A stretch of 64,000 nt of DNA from the NCBI GenBank assembly GCA_032718475.1, contig JAUCBJ010000137.1:38805-102804 (forward strand). Direction: 5' to 3'. Within the stretch, counting starts at the first letter, position 1, and the number at the start of each line of letters is the position of its first letter. Under the pieces are notes generated by a model. That model searched no databases. It was given only the letters and a program-made list of their open reading frames with translations, and was not told the origin of the DNA. Positions 33,713 to 46,397 of this stretch are shown in pieces. A program made the position numbers and the translations under genes. The stretch is from Nemertoderma westbladi (lineage: Eukaryota > Animalia > Xenacoelomorpha).

Positions 33713-35337
33713 TACGTCTGGAGTGGGTGTATGACTATATTATTTTATCTATTTTATTATATTTTATATGTGAACATTATTATGTACTTTATTATAATCG
33801 TTTTTATTCAATTTTATTTAGTAGAAGGTTATTTTAGATTATTTGGTAGATTAGTGCAATATATTAGTGTTTATTACGTAATTACATATATATAATATAT
33901 ATTTAGTGTGACGGCGAGAAATAATTTTTCCTTTTCCTTACGGTCCGTATTATATTATAAACACGAGACTACAGTAAGATGAAATATCCGTACTTATTAA
34001 AGTACAATAAAGCCACTACTATATTCAAGTATTATTGGTAGGCAGAGTATTAGGAATGCAAAGTTCAGATCCTCGTGTCTCGGCTAAACCAAGCTCTGGG
34101 TAGACCTTGGAAACGACTTGCCTCTTCACACTGACATTGCTTCGTGCGATATTGCTCTTCTACCTTATATTAAATAATACATGTAGTAGCGTGATGTCCC
34201 TCTAACAGTAGCGTAAAACGCAAATAAATCTGTTAAACCTTTTGACCATCTGTAATTCTAGTCGATTAAGATATCGCGGCACCCACCGATATACTTGAAA
34301 GACAAATTCTAGAATCAGTGGTTAACGTCCCCAGACAAGTTCTGGAATAAATCGGTGCCCATCTTAAATATTAATTTAATATTTATTAAAATCTGTAAAA
34401 TTCAGATCCTTTAAAATTTCTAGTCAATTAAGATATCGCAGCACTTACCGATACTCTTAAAGGACAATTTTATAGAATTAAGGATCCTCAGTCCCCAGAC
34501 ATGCTCTGGAATAAAAATTGTGTCAATTTTAACATCAAATAATAAAATTCACGGGAATAAATTTAAATTCATATTTTTAAATGAATTTCATAAATTGTCA
34601 TTTTGTGCAATTTATAACATTCCCAAAATTCCATTAATTAATAGATCATGGGAGCGGAGATTCATCCTATTGAGTGTATTAGAGTGCGAGAATCTCCAAC
34701 ATATAGTCAATAGCCGATAAAATTAATAAAATCATGCATAAAGAGGATATTGACAATTAAAGAATTATTATTAAATAGCATTCCAGATCTGTATGCATGA
34801 GAATTACCCTAATTCTACCGCTAGCATTCCATAATGTCACCATAGCAACACCCACGCTAGAGCATTAGAAGCAAGTTAAAAGAACAATAGAAAGCTTGTC
34901 CCATTGCATAGCATAGAGAATACATAGCACACTGTTAGTATCCAAGGATACACAGTAATAACGTGACATTCTGGAAGGCACTGACTAACGGACAAATGGC
35001 CTGTATGTGTACAATTGGTGACAGTTGTGTGGAATTTGTGCGTTTATAGGTGAATGTTACTGCTAAAGTATGTTTACAGTAGCTAGTCGCAATTGTAAAA
35101 GTAGCCCAACTCTCCTATAGAAATAACCTAAAGTGGATCCAAGCCTTTGGGACGGACAGTGGAGTGACTTGTGCCGGTTATCGTTGTCGTGCTGTTGCTA
35201 CATGTTGGCGTAAACACCGCGACGACGGTACATCGGCGCTGAGAATCCCACTGTCCGGGGGCAAAGAGAGGTAGGCAGCGATGCCCGCTCGCCTAAACAT
35301 AAACTCATTTTGATATTAATAAACTCAGATAGCAGAT

Positions 35338-38300
35338 ATGACGGAGTTGATAGAAGATGATCTTGCTATTAGGGAGCGATATACTCTACCTTTACAAGCA
35401 TTTGTGGATAGCTTAATACGCGGTGAAGCCGATCCAACCATTACAGAGGACGATGGTCGTTATATCGAACCGCCGATGTCCCAAGAGCAACTTGCGCGTG
35501 AATTGGATTATCGAAAATTCACCGCTCGCTATACGAATCGTAATGGTACGTATATGGACTTCTTAACTACCGGCCATCCTATCGATTTACATGATACGGA
35601 CGATGTAGATACAGAGAGGGAAATGGTTCTATTTAAATATCATACCCAGCGGAGTCGTAACGATAAACCGAGAATGGATCACGAAAATTCTATTCGTAAT
35701 AGACTGAAAAGAGAAAACGTTGAAGAACCGGATAAACGCATCGACTTCAACGAATACCTAGAATTTTTGAGAGAAACCTATCTCAACATCGCCAGTCAGC
35801 AGAACCTAGAGACTCGATATCCTCAAGGTATACATCATGACCCTGTGGTAGAACTCAAACGGCTCTATTTCACTATGATGTATCTTACCGCCGATCGTCC
35901 ACTACCTGTTATCCCGGATAGTTTTGAACAAATGGAAGAATATTGCAAAACTGGAGAACGATCACCCGCATTTCCTCTACAGGACGTACGTCTTTGGTAT
36001 TATTGTGACGAATGCCCTAGACCCAAACAACAAACTGAAAGACATAAACATCCGCGGAGACGTTGCGCTAAACACAGCTTTACGCGTTACACTTACGGGA
36101 GTTTCGAGCGAAACCTGTTCGACGTACCACCTACGATCGCTCGTCTTAAACGATCACTGAATAAACCCATGATCAGAGTTCCGGAATACTCGGTCAGGCC
36201 TCCTCATTCCCTAGTGAGACCTCAAACTCTTGATCCTAACAGTATCACTGATCCTCCCGAACTATATTCCCTGTTCAAAGACTTAGTGTTACCCGAACAA
36301 TTAATCGGTGGTGCTCCGGTAGTGGGTTCGTTAGACATTCGCCCATCCTACTTAGCCGGACTGGGACGCGGGCAGCTAATATCACCCTTTGATCCTTACA
36401 ATCGTCCAGGATTAAACCCGATGCAACCCGCCACGGAAGTCGAGGAGAGCGTTATAAGAAACGCTTTAGACGCTATTCGACAGAAGATCGGAAAGGGAAC
36501 ACAAGATTGTTTAGAGAAACGTAAATTACAACAACAAGTCCAATCGGTGAAGGAGTTAGCCTTGCCACAGTTCGATAGAGAAATCCAAAACCTCGAGGAG
36601 GACATCGAGCTTGGACGCACGTATTCTCTACAAGAATTTTTAGATGAACGCTTACAGAGACAAGCGGAAGAAAATCTACTCGAAGAGAAACACACGAAAA
36701 TGGACGAGAGAGAAGAAGCCGCTTTAGCCCAACCTGAAGCTCAAATCCTTATGACGGATCTCTACTCTAAAACCGTCCGTCATCCCTCGATGATTCCACA
36801 TTTCGGAGACAAACTCTTCGCGACGATACAACCTCAACCGGTTGATATCAGTACAGGATCGCAAAATCTTATCGCTGACGCCCCTATGTTACAGCGTCCG
36901 CCGATCGAGGCCGCTCGTGTTGACGGTATACTCGTTGAACCTCCGGACAATCGAGCGGATCTTGTCCGTCGTATGGTACACGATGTCAACATACGCGCTA
37001 GACCTTTACAGAACTCGTTTTATGGGATTAAAGACCACCCTTATTACGTTAATCTGACTCAATATTATATGGTAAAACCAGAAGACCCGACGCATAATTT
37101 AAAGTTTCTACCACTAATAAATCCTCTAGACATTGTCGAGCTCGAACAATTGCAGAAACATCTGGATCAGTTAGTAAAGGTAAACTCATTTAGAAAACCA
37201 TATAACATTTCTCGAATCGAGAAGGATATAGAACCTCCTTATAATCTCGATGGATTTATTAAAACTCGACTAGTCCATTGGAATCTAGATGTATTATTTG
37301 AAGAAGAGAAAATACAAAGATATGGAAATGTGGAGACGTATACCACTCGGCACATGAAGTATAGTGATCTCCCTGACGCTAACCAATGCGCCACCTTGTG
37401 GCATCCAGTAGGAATGACCCTAGAGAACGCCACCAAGGAGTGGAATGAAACTCTTAATGTTATTGAGATGTATGGAGTTGTCACCTACGATAATGAAGGT
37501 AGCGTTCCGGTCGGAGAACTAGGAACTACGCGCATGATCCACATACGCGGATTAGCTGGTTCTACCCACGTGTTTACTCGAGCGTGTTCCGACGTGATTG
37601 ATTATTCCTTTGAAACTCTCACCGAAACACAAAAGAATCTCCGACATGGACAATTCGAACTCGCGCAGCGTTACGTCATTGACACCGAACGCAAACCGGC
37701 CATGGGTATCGATGGATCGATGTTACCCAGCCCGTACTCGAGATGTTGTTCAATGAAAGAATCCTTAAAATTGGCTCAGCTGTTTATGGAGATCTCCAAA
37801 ACGACTTTCGGAATATGGAGAACATTCCATACCCTTTCGTTGATACTCAGCTGATTGCTCCCTGGGCAGAAGGTCGAGGTTTCTTCCGCACCATGTATGC
37901 TAATACGTCTAGCAACATTACAAAGGTGCAACGAACTTCCATCGGACATCTTGCCTTTCAGGAATACGGATGGAATTTCAAAGTCGGAAATCCCATCAAC
38001 TATCAACAAGTATACGGAGATCATTATTCTCGATTATACTTTGATGGACCATTAACCGCACCTGGCGCCGTGTATAGCTTCATGAGTGTTCCACTCCGTC
38101 CCTCCTTAGCTATCTACACAATCTTTGAAAACACCGCACTTGCCGGTTGGCTAGCCGATGTGTGCAGTCGTACTATACGCGCCCATCCATTAATACTTGG
38201 GACCAAACTCGCTAAGCTAGATGAACATAATAAATTCATCCGCTTCGAATGTTTCCGGCGCTTTTTAACCCCGTTCCGCAACGTGGATAGCCAATTTAAA

Positions 38301-39590
38301 GACCGCGCTTTGACCAAGCTCAGCCTAAGAAACTCAGCTGCAGAGAAGTTGGATAGTGCTGGATTCGCCATTTTCAAAGAGATTTGTATATCGAACTTGC
38401 ACTCCTCTGTTATACAAAGACCTCGAATCCCCACAGGTTATTCTGTCGTGGAAATTCAGACAATAGGTCCACTTGAAGAGACAGACACGCCTACCTCAGC
38501 TATGCACTTGGAAGACGAACCAATATGTCTAGAATCTGAGGAAATTCAGCCTATCGCGCCCCGGAACAGCGACAACGATTACATCATAGAATGGTATCAA
38601 GGTCCACAGTGTCTCACTGCGTACGATTATCGACATGCCAACTATGTTTCTAGGCAACGTTGTCGGTTATGCGAATCGAGAGACCATGTTACGCCCATGG
38701 ACACAAACGTCCGCTGTTCCTATTTCCAAGAACAACCGACGATGGAAATTTATTGCGCATATTGCAGACTCAATAACTTGCATATTTTTGCGGTTTGCCC
38801 TCAATTTATGACTCAATGTCACCATTGTCAACTAAAGGGACACGCCAGTTTCGATTGCCCTTTTAATCACGATTTGGAAAGCGTAGATGAAATGATCACA
38901 CTACGTTACATCAGAGCTTGGGAAGCGAACGCTGATTTACATTGTGATTCGCGCCATCGTTATTATCCTGGACGCGCTTACGAAGGAATTTATGCGTTCC
39001 ATCCTTATCTATTCGCTTCTGTCGAACAGAAATCACGCATATCGAGTTACGAATTACTGAAGCGCGTCGGAGAATGTATTTCAACCAAGTTCGTACGCAA
39101 ATTTCTCAGGAGTGTTAATCCTAGCGACCTTCATTCCTATAACTTAATCAATTATATCCGTCAGGATCCGGACTATGGAGACTTATTTGTTAACTCACAC
39201 CCCGAGTTACAGGAAGTATATCGACGGCCTTACGAATACCGAGCCCGCGAACGCGAGTTGGAAAGAACCATTAAACCCCGGAGGTTTCTAACTGCCTATG
39301 GTCCACCCACGGCTCTCGTTCAGACCACTCGTAAAGGACCCGTAAGAGCGGCTGTCTTAAAACGCGCTCTCAAAGCCGTTAGACCCCTCTCCCCCGACGT
39401 TGATGTCAATCAACCCGGCACTTCGACTGGCGGATACACCGACCATAATCCTACACCCTCTGATGCAATTATATTGCACCCTTCACCCAGGAGTTATAGC
39501 CCTCCTTGTAAAGTGGCTCGCCCCAAAGAGAAAAGGACTCTGGCCAGCTTTAAAAAACTGCGTAAACGCCGTCCGCGCAAGAAAGACTAA
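35338..39590 (+). CDS. Element A accessory ORF3 (~1417 aa if the 1-nt frameshift at ~37731-37733 is repaired): Cys/His domain + coiled coil + DEDDy-like exonuclease + 3 zinc knuckles + basic tail
   Basis: Overlapping 838-aa and 615-aa ORFs join as LPSP-VLEMLFNERILKIG on adding one C; motifs VVTYDNEG, KIGSAVYGD, FVDTQLIA, PLTAPGAVYS; CHHCQLKGHASFDC; KKLRKRRPRKKD; no signal peptide or TM segment. Confidence 0.85.
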
Positions 39591-39660
39591 CTGTTTAGAG
39601 TATTTACATATATTAGAAACTGTGATTTTTGTATATTTATAGACTTGAATCCCATTTTCT

Positions 39661-39668
39661 GGGAGCGG
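39661..39668 (+). promoter_or_regulatory. Short polypurine tract of A (GGGAGCGG)
   Basis: Immediately precedes the 3' LTR. Confidence 0.75.
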
Positions 39669-40839
39669 TATAAAAGCTTTTGCGGATATAATCAGTCCCC
39701 TCGCCCGCAAGGTACCGTTATAGGTGTTTTAACGGACATAAAAGTCATTCTTCTATATGTGTGCTTTGGCGGACATGGTAAGGCATAAAACCCGCAATGC
39801 GTCAAATACTCTGGCACAGCTTAGCCTTGATGATTCAGATTACGACATCTAACAGCTGGTTGCTGACATGGAAACGGCCATTGGACACATAGTTCTTTGT
39901 TTAGCTTAACAGCCAATCAGGGCGATTTTTACTATCGAGGTGGAGATTTTTTGCAGATCGTGCTAGGAGTGTTCAGTCTTACTGTTTTTTGTGATACTGT
40001 TGTGTTGTTTCTATCTAGGCCAGGAACACCGGCTCTAGAGTCAATTCGTTTCAGACTTTAGAAGAAACATTAGTAGGCTTAGATTATAGAACGTATAACT
40101 GTTATCGGCACATACATTGTCATATCATATCTTAACCTACCGTCTTAATGCTTTTTACTGTTGTTATTATTTTGTATCAGTTGGTTGAATATTATTTGGA
40201 GAACATCTATAAAGAACCCAAATTTCCCAATTTTCTTGATACACTACAGGTTAGAGAGACAGGTTACATATAGCGATTGCGACTTATATTATCGTGGTTT
40301 GTAGTGAGTTTAATGCTATTTGATAGGCACTACATGAGTCAATTGCTGTTCTCTTTATATATGATAAAATTCATTGACGGTCGGCAGATTAGTGTGCAGC
40401 ATTGTGTGTTACCGGTAGTGTGCATGATTGTGACTGATAACTAAGCATTTCCTAAAGAATGCGCCTCATACGTGAATCATAAGCCTTACCGACTTACCAT
40501 TGTGTTTAGTATAAGTCATATCTCTGTTTACCTAGATAGAGCGCCACGTCCTAAAGGAACTGTTAATATTTCCCGAAAGTGAATAATATTGGTCAGAAAT
40601 TATTTATTAACGATCAATCGAATAATACAGTAAGCTTACACTGCAATAACAATCTAAGCCCTCCGAATCCAGTCTCCCGGGTATATCCAGCGGGTGAATG
40701 GACGCGCACTAGGCTGGCTTCGGCTAATGTTGTGTTTATTGGTATTAAATACTTGTCATATGCTAAAGTCTATTTATAAACCAAAAGACATATAAATTTT
40801 GGCAGGTTAAACTGCTAAAGGTCTTCAAAAGCGCGTACA
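39669..40839 (+). repeat. 3' LTR of element A
   Basis: 1171 bp; begins TA rather than TG; about 5 substitutions versus the 5' LTR by eye; followed by TSD GCCTA. Confidence 0.97.
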
Positions 40840-41944
40840 GCCTACTTTGACTAATCAGATATATGCTTTCTACTGTATATCGTCGTTTAATTCCTTATGA
40901 GTAACAAATATGCAATTTGTGGGTCTCGGTCCAGTGGTGTGCAATATTTAGACATTATATGGGTTTTTACTGTGTAATACCTTGTTTTTGGTTCTTGAGT
41001 AATAAATAATAACTATATTAATGTGTAAAGTTTTACCATTGCAACTTCCTAAGACAGTATATACTGTCTAATGTGCGTTTGCTGTTCATTTGCCTACTTT
41101 TTCTAATCAGATATATGGTTTGTACTGTATGTCGCCGGTTAATTTTTTTATTTTTGATATTGCTTTTTTGTTAATGGGTATAAATAGATACAGTATATAT
41201 ATGCCTACAGTCATTGTACATGCCTACAGTCATTGTTTTTGCATTCTGTCATTTTAACAGACTTTAGACTGATTTAATACAATATATCCTTGATAACGGT
41301 CCTGGAATAGGATCGAAAATTTGGTTTAACTATGACTGCTTTTCTTTTCAACAGTGGCTATCTCCCTTGTTAAACTATATTAGATAATATATACAGTATA
41401 TATAAACAAACTTTCATGAGCGTTCCTGCTATGCGGCAGGTACCCCAAGGCACTTGATAACACTCATAAGAGTTACAGACAGACTCGTAGTGGCGGAAGT
41501 GGGTTAGCGTCTCGTAAAAGCCTTGACACATGGATACAATGGTTGACCACCAAAGTCAAACAAGTTTGATTGGTTGTTTGTAGCTAGGCACCAAAGAAAG
41601 GGCTAAACAACAAACTGTATTGTAATAGTTAATAAAACTGAAATATAATGTTGGTTGCTCATACATGACCCCCCGCAACAAAAGCGATGGACCGGGCATG
41701 GTAAATAATTAATCGAGGCCCTGTCCATCATTCATCCTACTGTATAAATATTTGGCACGCATCAATTTATGAGTGTAATGTGTATTCTTTGTGGGAATTG
41801 GTAATATGGATGGCCTTAAACTGACTTACTGTAGTAATCTACTACCTACAGTATCTACACCTGTACGGCTACACGCATTGTTACCTGTTGTTGGTGTTGC
41901 ACGTATTGTTATTTTACGAATATACTGTACATACGTTTTACACT

Positions 41945-42400
41945 AATATAATATTGAATTATATTTTAATAGAATATATATTGCAGTATATTTCTATATA
42001 TTATATATTACAATATATTGCAATATATTACATAATATATATTGCAATATATTACTGTACAATAATATATATTGCAATATATTACAATATAATATATATG
42101 GCAATATATTACAATCATATATATTGCAATATATTACAATATAATATATATTGCAATATATTACAGTAATATATAGTTGCAATATATTAGAATATAATAT
42201 ACATAGCAATATAATAAACAGTATATTCAATATAAAATATTGCACTAAAATAATCAATAATGAACCATAAAATTTGCGTATACAATATACTGTATATATT
42301 TCAATATTTTATATTGCAATATATAATGTATTATATTGAAATATAATTCCATATTACAATATATTAAAAGTATAAAATATGATTACTTTTGTATATATTA
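41945..42400. repeat. AT-rich degenerate tandem repeat
   Basis: Repeated ATATTGCAATATATTAC-like units. Confidence 0.85.
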
Positions 42401-43193
42401 TACTTCCATTACTTTATTTAACTGTTGTTTAATTGTAAATAAATGGTGATCCCTGTCTGTTAATTCATGTTTGTCTGTCAGTAATGTAGATACTGTAGTG
42501 TACATTAATCTATTATTATTATTATTTATTATTATTAACAAACAAACAATTCACTACAAATTAGATATTAAATTAACACGATAAATTGAAATAATATAGT
42601 TAATAAAGTAGTCGGTGGCTAGTCGGATGTGACCCATCACACCAGCGGCAGCCACCGTTGACAAATACAGTACGAAAACATAACAATAAATTACAACAGC
42701 GTTTCAGGATGTGCCCACACTGTAGTTATGATTAGTGATGTAGGTTTATATACCTACAGTACACACTGTAGGTTTATGTTATAATGAAGGTCTATACTCA
42801 GTAGTCATTGCTTATAGTAGAAGTAGACGCGTCCTATACCGGCGTGACGGCGCTATAGCAGATTTTCACCCCACTAGGACCAAATTTGCTAGCAGATATC
42901 GTCCCTTTTGCACAGATTTTGTCCCCCTTGAATCTTCTGTAGTCTAAACTACCTGAATGATGAATAGCCTACCAACAAAAATAACTATAGAAGCTTGACG
43001 ATCATCGGATAATTGAGTAACCAATTACAGAATTCGGGAAACGAAAAGGTTACAGAGGCAGGGTTTTCTAACCAAAACAATCAAAGATATTGTTACCGTA
43101 TTCATTTCCTGTAGTAGCCTACTGTATTGGTATTGTACAGTCTGATAAAAGTATAGTATACTGTACACTGTAATCTATAATCTGATAATTAAT

Positions 43194-43454
43194 CGCCTCC
43201 GCTTTGCAGGACATTGCTTTCGCCGTGAGGACCAGCCAGTGCATAATCTTGTACTTTGGCAGCCTCATGGAGTAAATAAGCATGGTGGACAGCCCATGAC
43301 TTTCTTGAGACGCATCTTAAAGGGACACTGGCCTTGAAGATGCGGATGATCTAGCAAATGTCATGTGTGATAGGGGGCGGCGCAATTTTGTCGACAAGCC
43401 GGCACAGCATTCTTAAAAATGCAGCTGGAATGCAGCATGCCGATCCTAGTAGTA
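43194..43454 (+). mobile_element. 5'-truncated RTE-type LINE copy with (TAG)n tail
   Basis: Same family as 221-351 and 58987-59520; ends TAGTAGTAG; TSD GATAATTAAT at 43184-43193 and 43455-43464. Confidence 0.85.
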
Positions 43455-44360
43455 GATAATTAATACTACTGCCTGACTGCTGCAGTCCTGTTAGGGCCGA
43501 TTTGTCTCAAGTTTTACATAGACATTCGCGGACCTATGTGTAACTTCATAGAAAAACAAATTTGTAATTTAGGCCTAGTTGATTTCTGGATTTTCCGCTT
43601 CGAGCAGCACGATTGAAAATAGTGAGTTTGGGTTATTTTTTCTCGAAATAGGCCTATACCAGTACTGCACTGCAGTATACTGAAATTTAAATTTTTGCCT
43701 GTTTTTAAATGTGCACCGTTTCCTCAGTTTTCCTTCAATTTCACTGAAAGTGTTGCCTATAGAAAAGACACCCGAGGTCGGGTGTCACAATTGTTTTTAG
43801 TGATGGTTTACTGTGATGAAAATTTTAGGGCAGGAGGTGCCCTTCGCGCAGCACGTGAAGAAATCATTTGTAGAAAAATACCTTGACATATTTATTCGTA
43901 ATTTGACCTAAGCAGCTAAAAGTACGAACAACATACAATATCTGCTTTCAGATACTCACCAACTCACCCCCTAGGACAATTTACTGATTTATGCTAGCAT
44001 ATTCAGATATTTCATCGTGGGGCAGTGGGGTAGGGGTCATAATACACTGTAGTCTGTAATGCAGTAATTCGCTACCGGTAGCGGATTTTAACCTGTTAAC
44101 CAGGGGGGAGGGGGGAGGGGGGGGGGGGGGGTGGCCTAATCTTCAGGCTGTCAGGGGGCAAAATATGATGTGACATCGGTACCACAGCATTACAGTACTG
44201 CAGTAGTATTACCGTTATCTGTTATATTTCTGTATCTTGTAGGCCTAGCTAAAACCTCTGAACTGTCGGTCTGTATCTACCATAATGCTTAACCCTGTAA
44301 CCTTGTTCATCCTTGTGTAGGCTATTTCAGTACTTACAATGTTATAAGTTAATATTATAT

Positions 44361-44846
44361 ATGAAGAGTACCCGTAGCATATTTACCCGCCCAGTGGTCA
44401 TTGTTTCATTTATTGTGTGTTTGGTGATCGCATCTTTAATACTGCAACAGCTATGGCGTTTCCGAAGGTTGAATGTGACTGAAACCAGTAGTAAATCCAA
44501 TTTCATTAACAGGATGGCTTCAAGTAAACAACTTGCTCTGGCTTCCAAGGGTATCCATTCGTTTGACTTCGAGATTTTTGGAAAAGTCCAAAATGTGTTC
44601 TTCCGCAAACAAACTATGAAGAAAGCAAGGACATTGAATGTGGTTGGCTGGGTGCAAAACACGAGACGGGGTACTGTAATAGGGGTGGCTCAGGGCCAGA
44701 CTAGCAAGTTAGCAGTGCTGAAACATTGGTTGGAGAAGGAAGGAAGTCGGGCCTCTCGGATAGATCGAGCCGAGTTCACCAACGAGAGAGACATTGACAA
44801 GGCGGAATACTCAGGTTTCAATGTGGATTCCCGAGATGCTGTTTGA
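44361..44846 (+). CDS. ACYP: Acylphosphatase (start 44361 with hydrophobic N-terminal extension, or 44514)
   Basis: FEIFGKVQNVFFRK and GWVQNTRRGTVIG signatures with catalytic Arg and Asn; GSRASRID; uninterrupted domain. Confidence 0.92.
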   Translation: MKSTRSIFTRPVVIVSFIVCLVIASLILQQLWRFRRLNVTETSSKSNFINRMASSKQLALASKGIHSFDFEIFGKVQNVFFRKQTMKKARTLNVVGWVQNTRRGTVIGVAQGQTSKLAVLKHWLEKEGSRASRIDRAEFTNERDIDKAEYSGFNVDSRDAV

Positions 44847-45491
44847 TTTATTTATTTACTGCTGCTCGTTTGTTGGCTTCCTGGTTATAAATTTATTTAG
44901 AATCTCTATTAATTACATTTGTTAAATTTGTCCCTAGCTCGATTCATAATTTAGTAATTTTGATTTGTTTTTATTTGATGTTCTTGTAGTTTACCTTTAA
45001 TTTAATGTAAAAATATTCCTGCAGCTAGAGTAGAATTTTAATTGTAATATTTGATATAGGTACCGGTATTGATTGTTGTATATAGTAGACCTATAGTACA
45101 GTACGGTATAGTTAATTATTATATTTTATAATGTATATAGTTTATTTATTTATTTTTATGGAAAACAACCGACCACGAGATGTACAATTTGCCGAGCAAG
45201 GTTTTAATTATACAACAAGAGGTCATTAAAATTACCGTACTTTTTAAAAAGCTATTTTTTAATATAATTTTATTCCACAAACGATTTACAGTACGTTGGC
45301 TTTGGTATTTCTGATAGTATCAGTATGTAACTACCAGAAATACTGAGAATACCGGTTGTAGCACACACGACACGGTACAGAACACGATGCACAGTGAACA
45401 TGATGCAATTTAGGAAAAAAATTCAGCTGTTGTATTATTAGGCCTACCTAATTATCCAACCAATGAATTTAATAATAAATTAATGAGTCCC

Positions 45492-45720
45492 ACCTTGGTG
45501 TAGTGGTTACATTGAATTTACATCTCTCCGAGGTCGTGGGTTCGACCCCGCATTGGGGTCAGGGCAGTTTTCGTTTTGGAATGAATGCTTTAGGGACTAA
45601 CCAGGGAGCATCACTGCCCTGCATCCTTAAATGGTAGCTAAATGAGTACTGGAGTTAGCTCTAGTAGGGAATCTAGTTCTGGGTGGACCGCACTGGAAAT
45701 AAGTCGTCAGACTTTGTGTG
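45492..45720 (+). mobile_element. tRNA-derived SINE (second family)
   Basis: A box TGGTGTAGTGG, B box GGTTCGACCCC, downstream AAATGAGTAC core; no intact cloverleaf; 3' boundary uncertain. Confidence 0.65.
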
Positions 45721-46397
45721 TAATACCTCACGTATTTTCCTCCATTTAAACTTTAATTTAAAACTATCCCTCCACCCTCTACACCCCCTCCACCCTCTCC
45801 ACATAGGTAAATTTATGATCCCTATGATAATGTCGTTGGTTCCATTTTGAAACCACCTTAACTCCAAATGTGACATTTTCCAGAAAACAACATGATTCAT
45901 AATATAATTTCGTTGTGGAGTAAAATTAAATGAGTTTAGACATATTGGTAATCTTACTAGAAAGATTACCAATATGTCTAAACTCATTTAATTTTACTCC
46001 AAAACGAAATTTGTTCTGGAAATTGTCACAACAACCACGAAGCTAAGGAAAATTAAACAAGCTTTTACTCTTTCGTACGTTACTTAATATCTTTAAGAGG
46101 TAGGCCTATTTGCCTTTATTCAACTCCTATTGTCATAGAAACTAGAGTATTCTCAAATAGTTTTTTAAGCTTTAAGAAAAGATCCAGATTGTGGTTCAGT
46201 TCAGATGACATATTTGCGTTTCAGAAAATATTATTGTATAGTTTATTTACAAATTAACTATTTTCTATCAAAACGTCTGTTTGAAGTGGTTGTCATGGGA
46301 AACTGAGAAATAGTAGAACCTCAATCGGATTCAGAATAAGTTATATAGTGGAGTAAGGCATTGTCGGTACCGTACTGGTGTAGGGGTATCGTAATGC

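Larger units (their letters stand above)
5574..40839 (+). mobile_element. BEL/Pao LTR retrotransposon A (full length, ~18.7 kb without nested B, defective)
   Basis: Two 1171-bp LTRs, TSD GCCTA (5569-5573 and 40840-40844), gag-PR-RT-RH-IN order, BEL-type triple Cys/His gag motif, extra 3' ORF. Confidence 0.97.
4861..41377. mobile_element. Non-autonomous TIR element (MITE-like, ~1.25 kb without the inserts) with internal tandem repeats; target of BEL element A
   Basis: Perfect 85-bp inverted repeats at 4861-4945 and 41293-41377; the outermost TA may be a TA TSD; internal ~250-300-bp tandem units at 5020-5568 resume at 40840. Confidence 0.85.

Noticed and set aside
35338-39590. env gene at the canonical env position
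   Set aside because: No signal peptide, TM helix or fusion-protein pattern; the motifs point to a nucleic-acid-binding protein.
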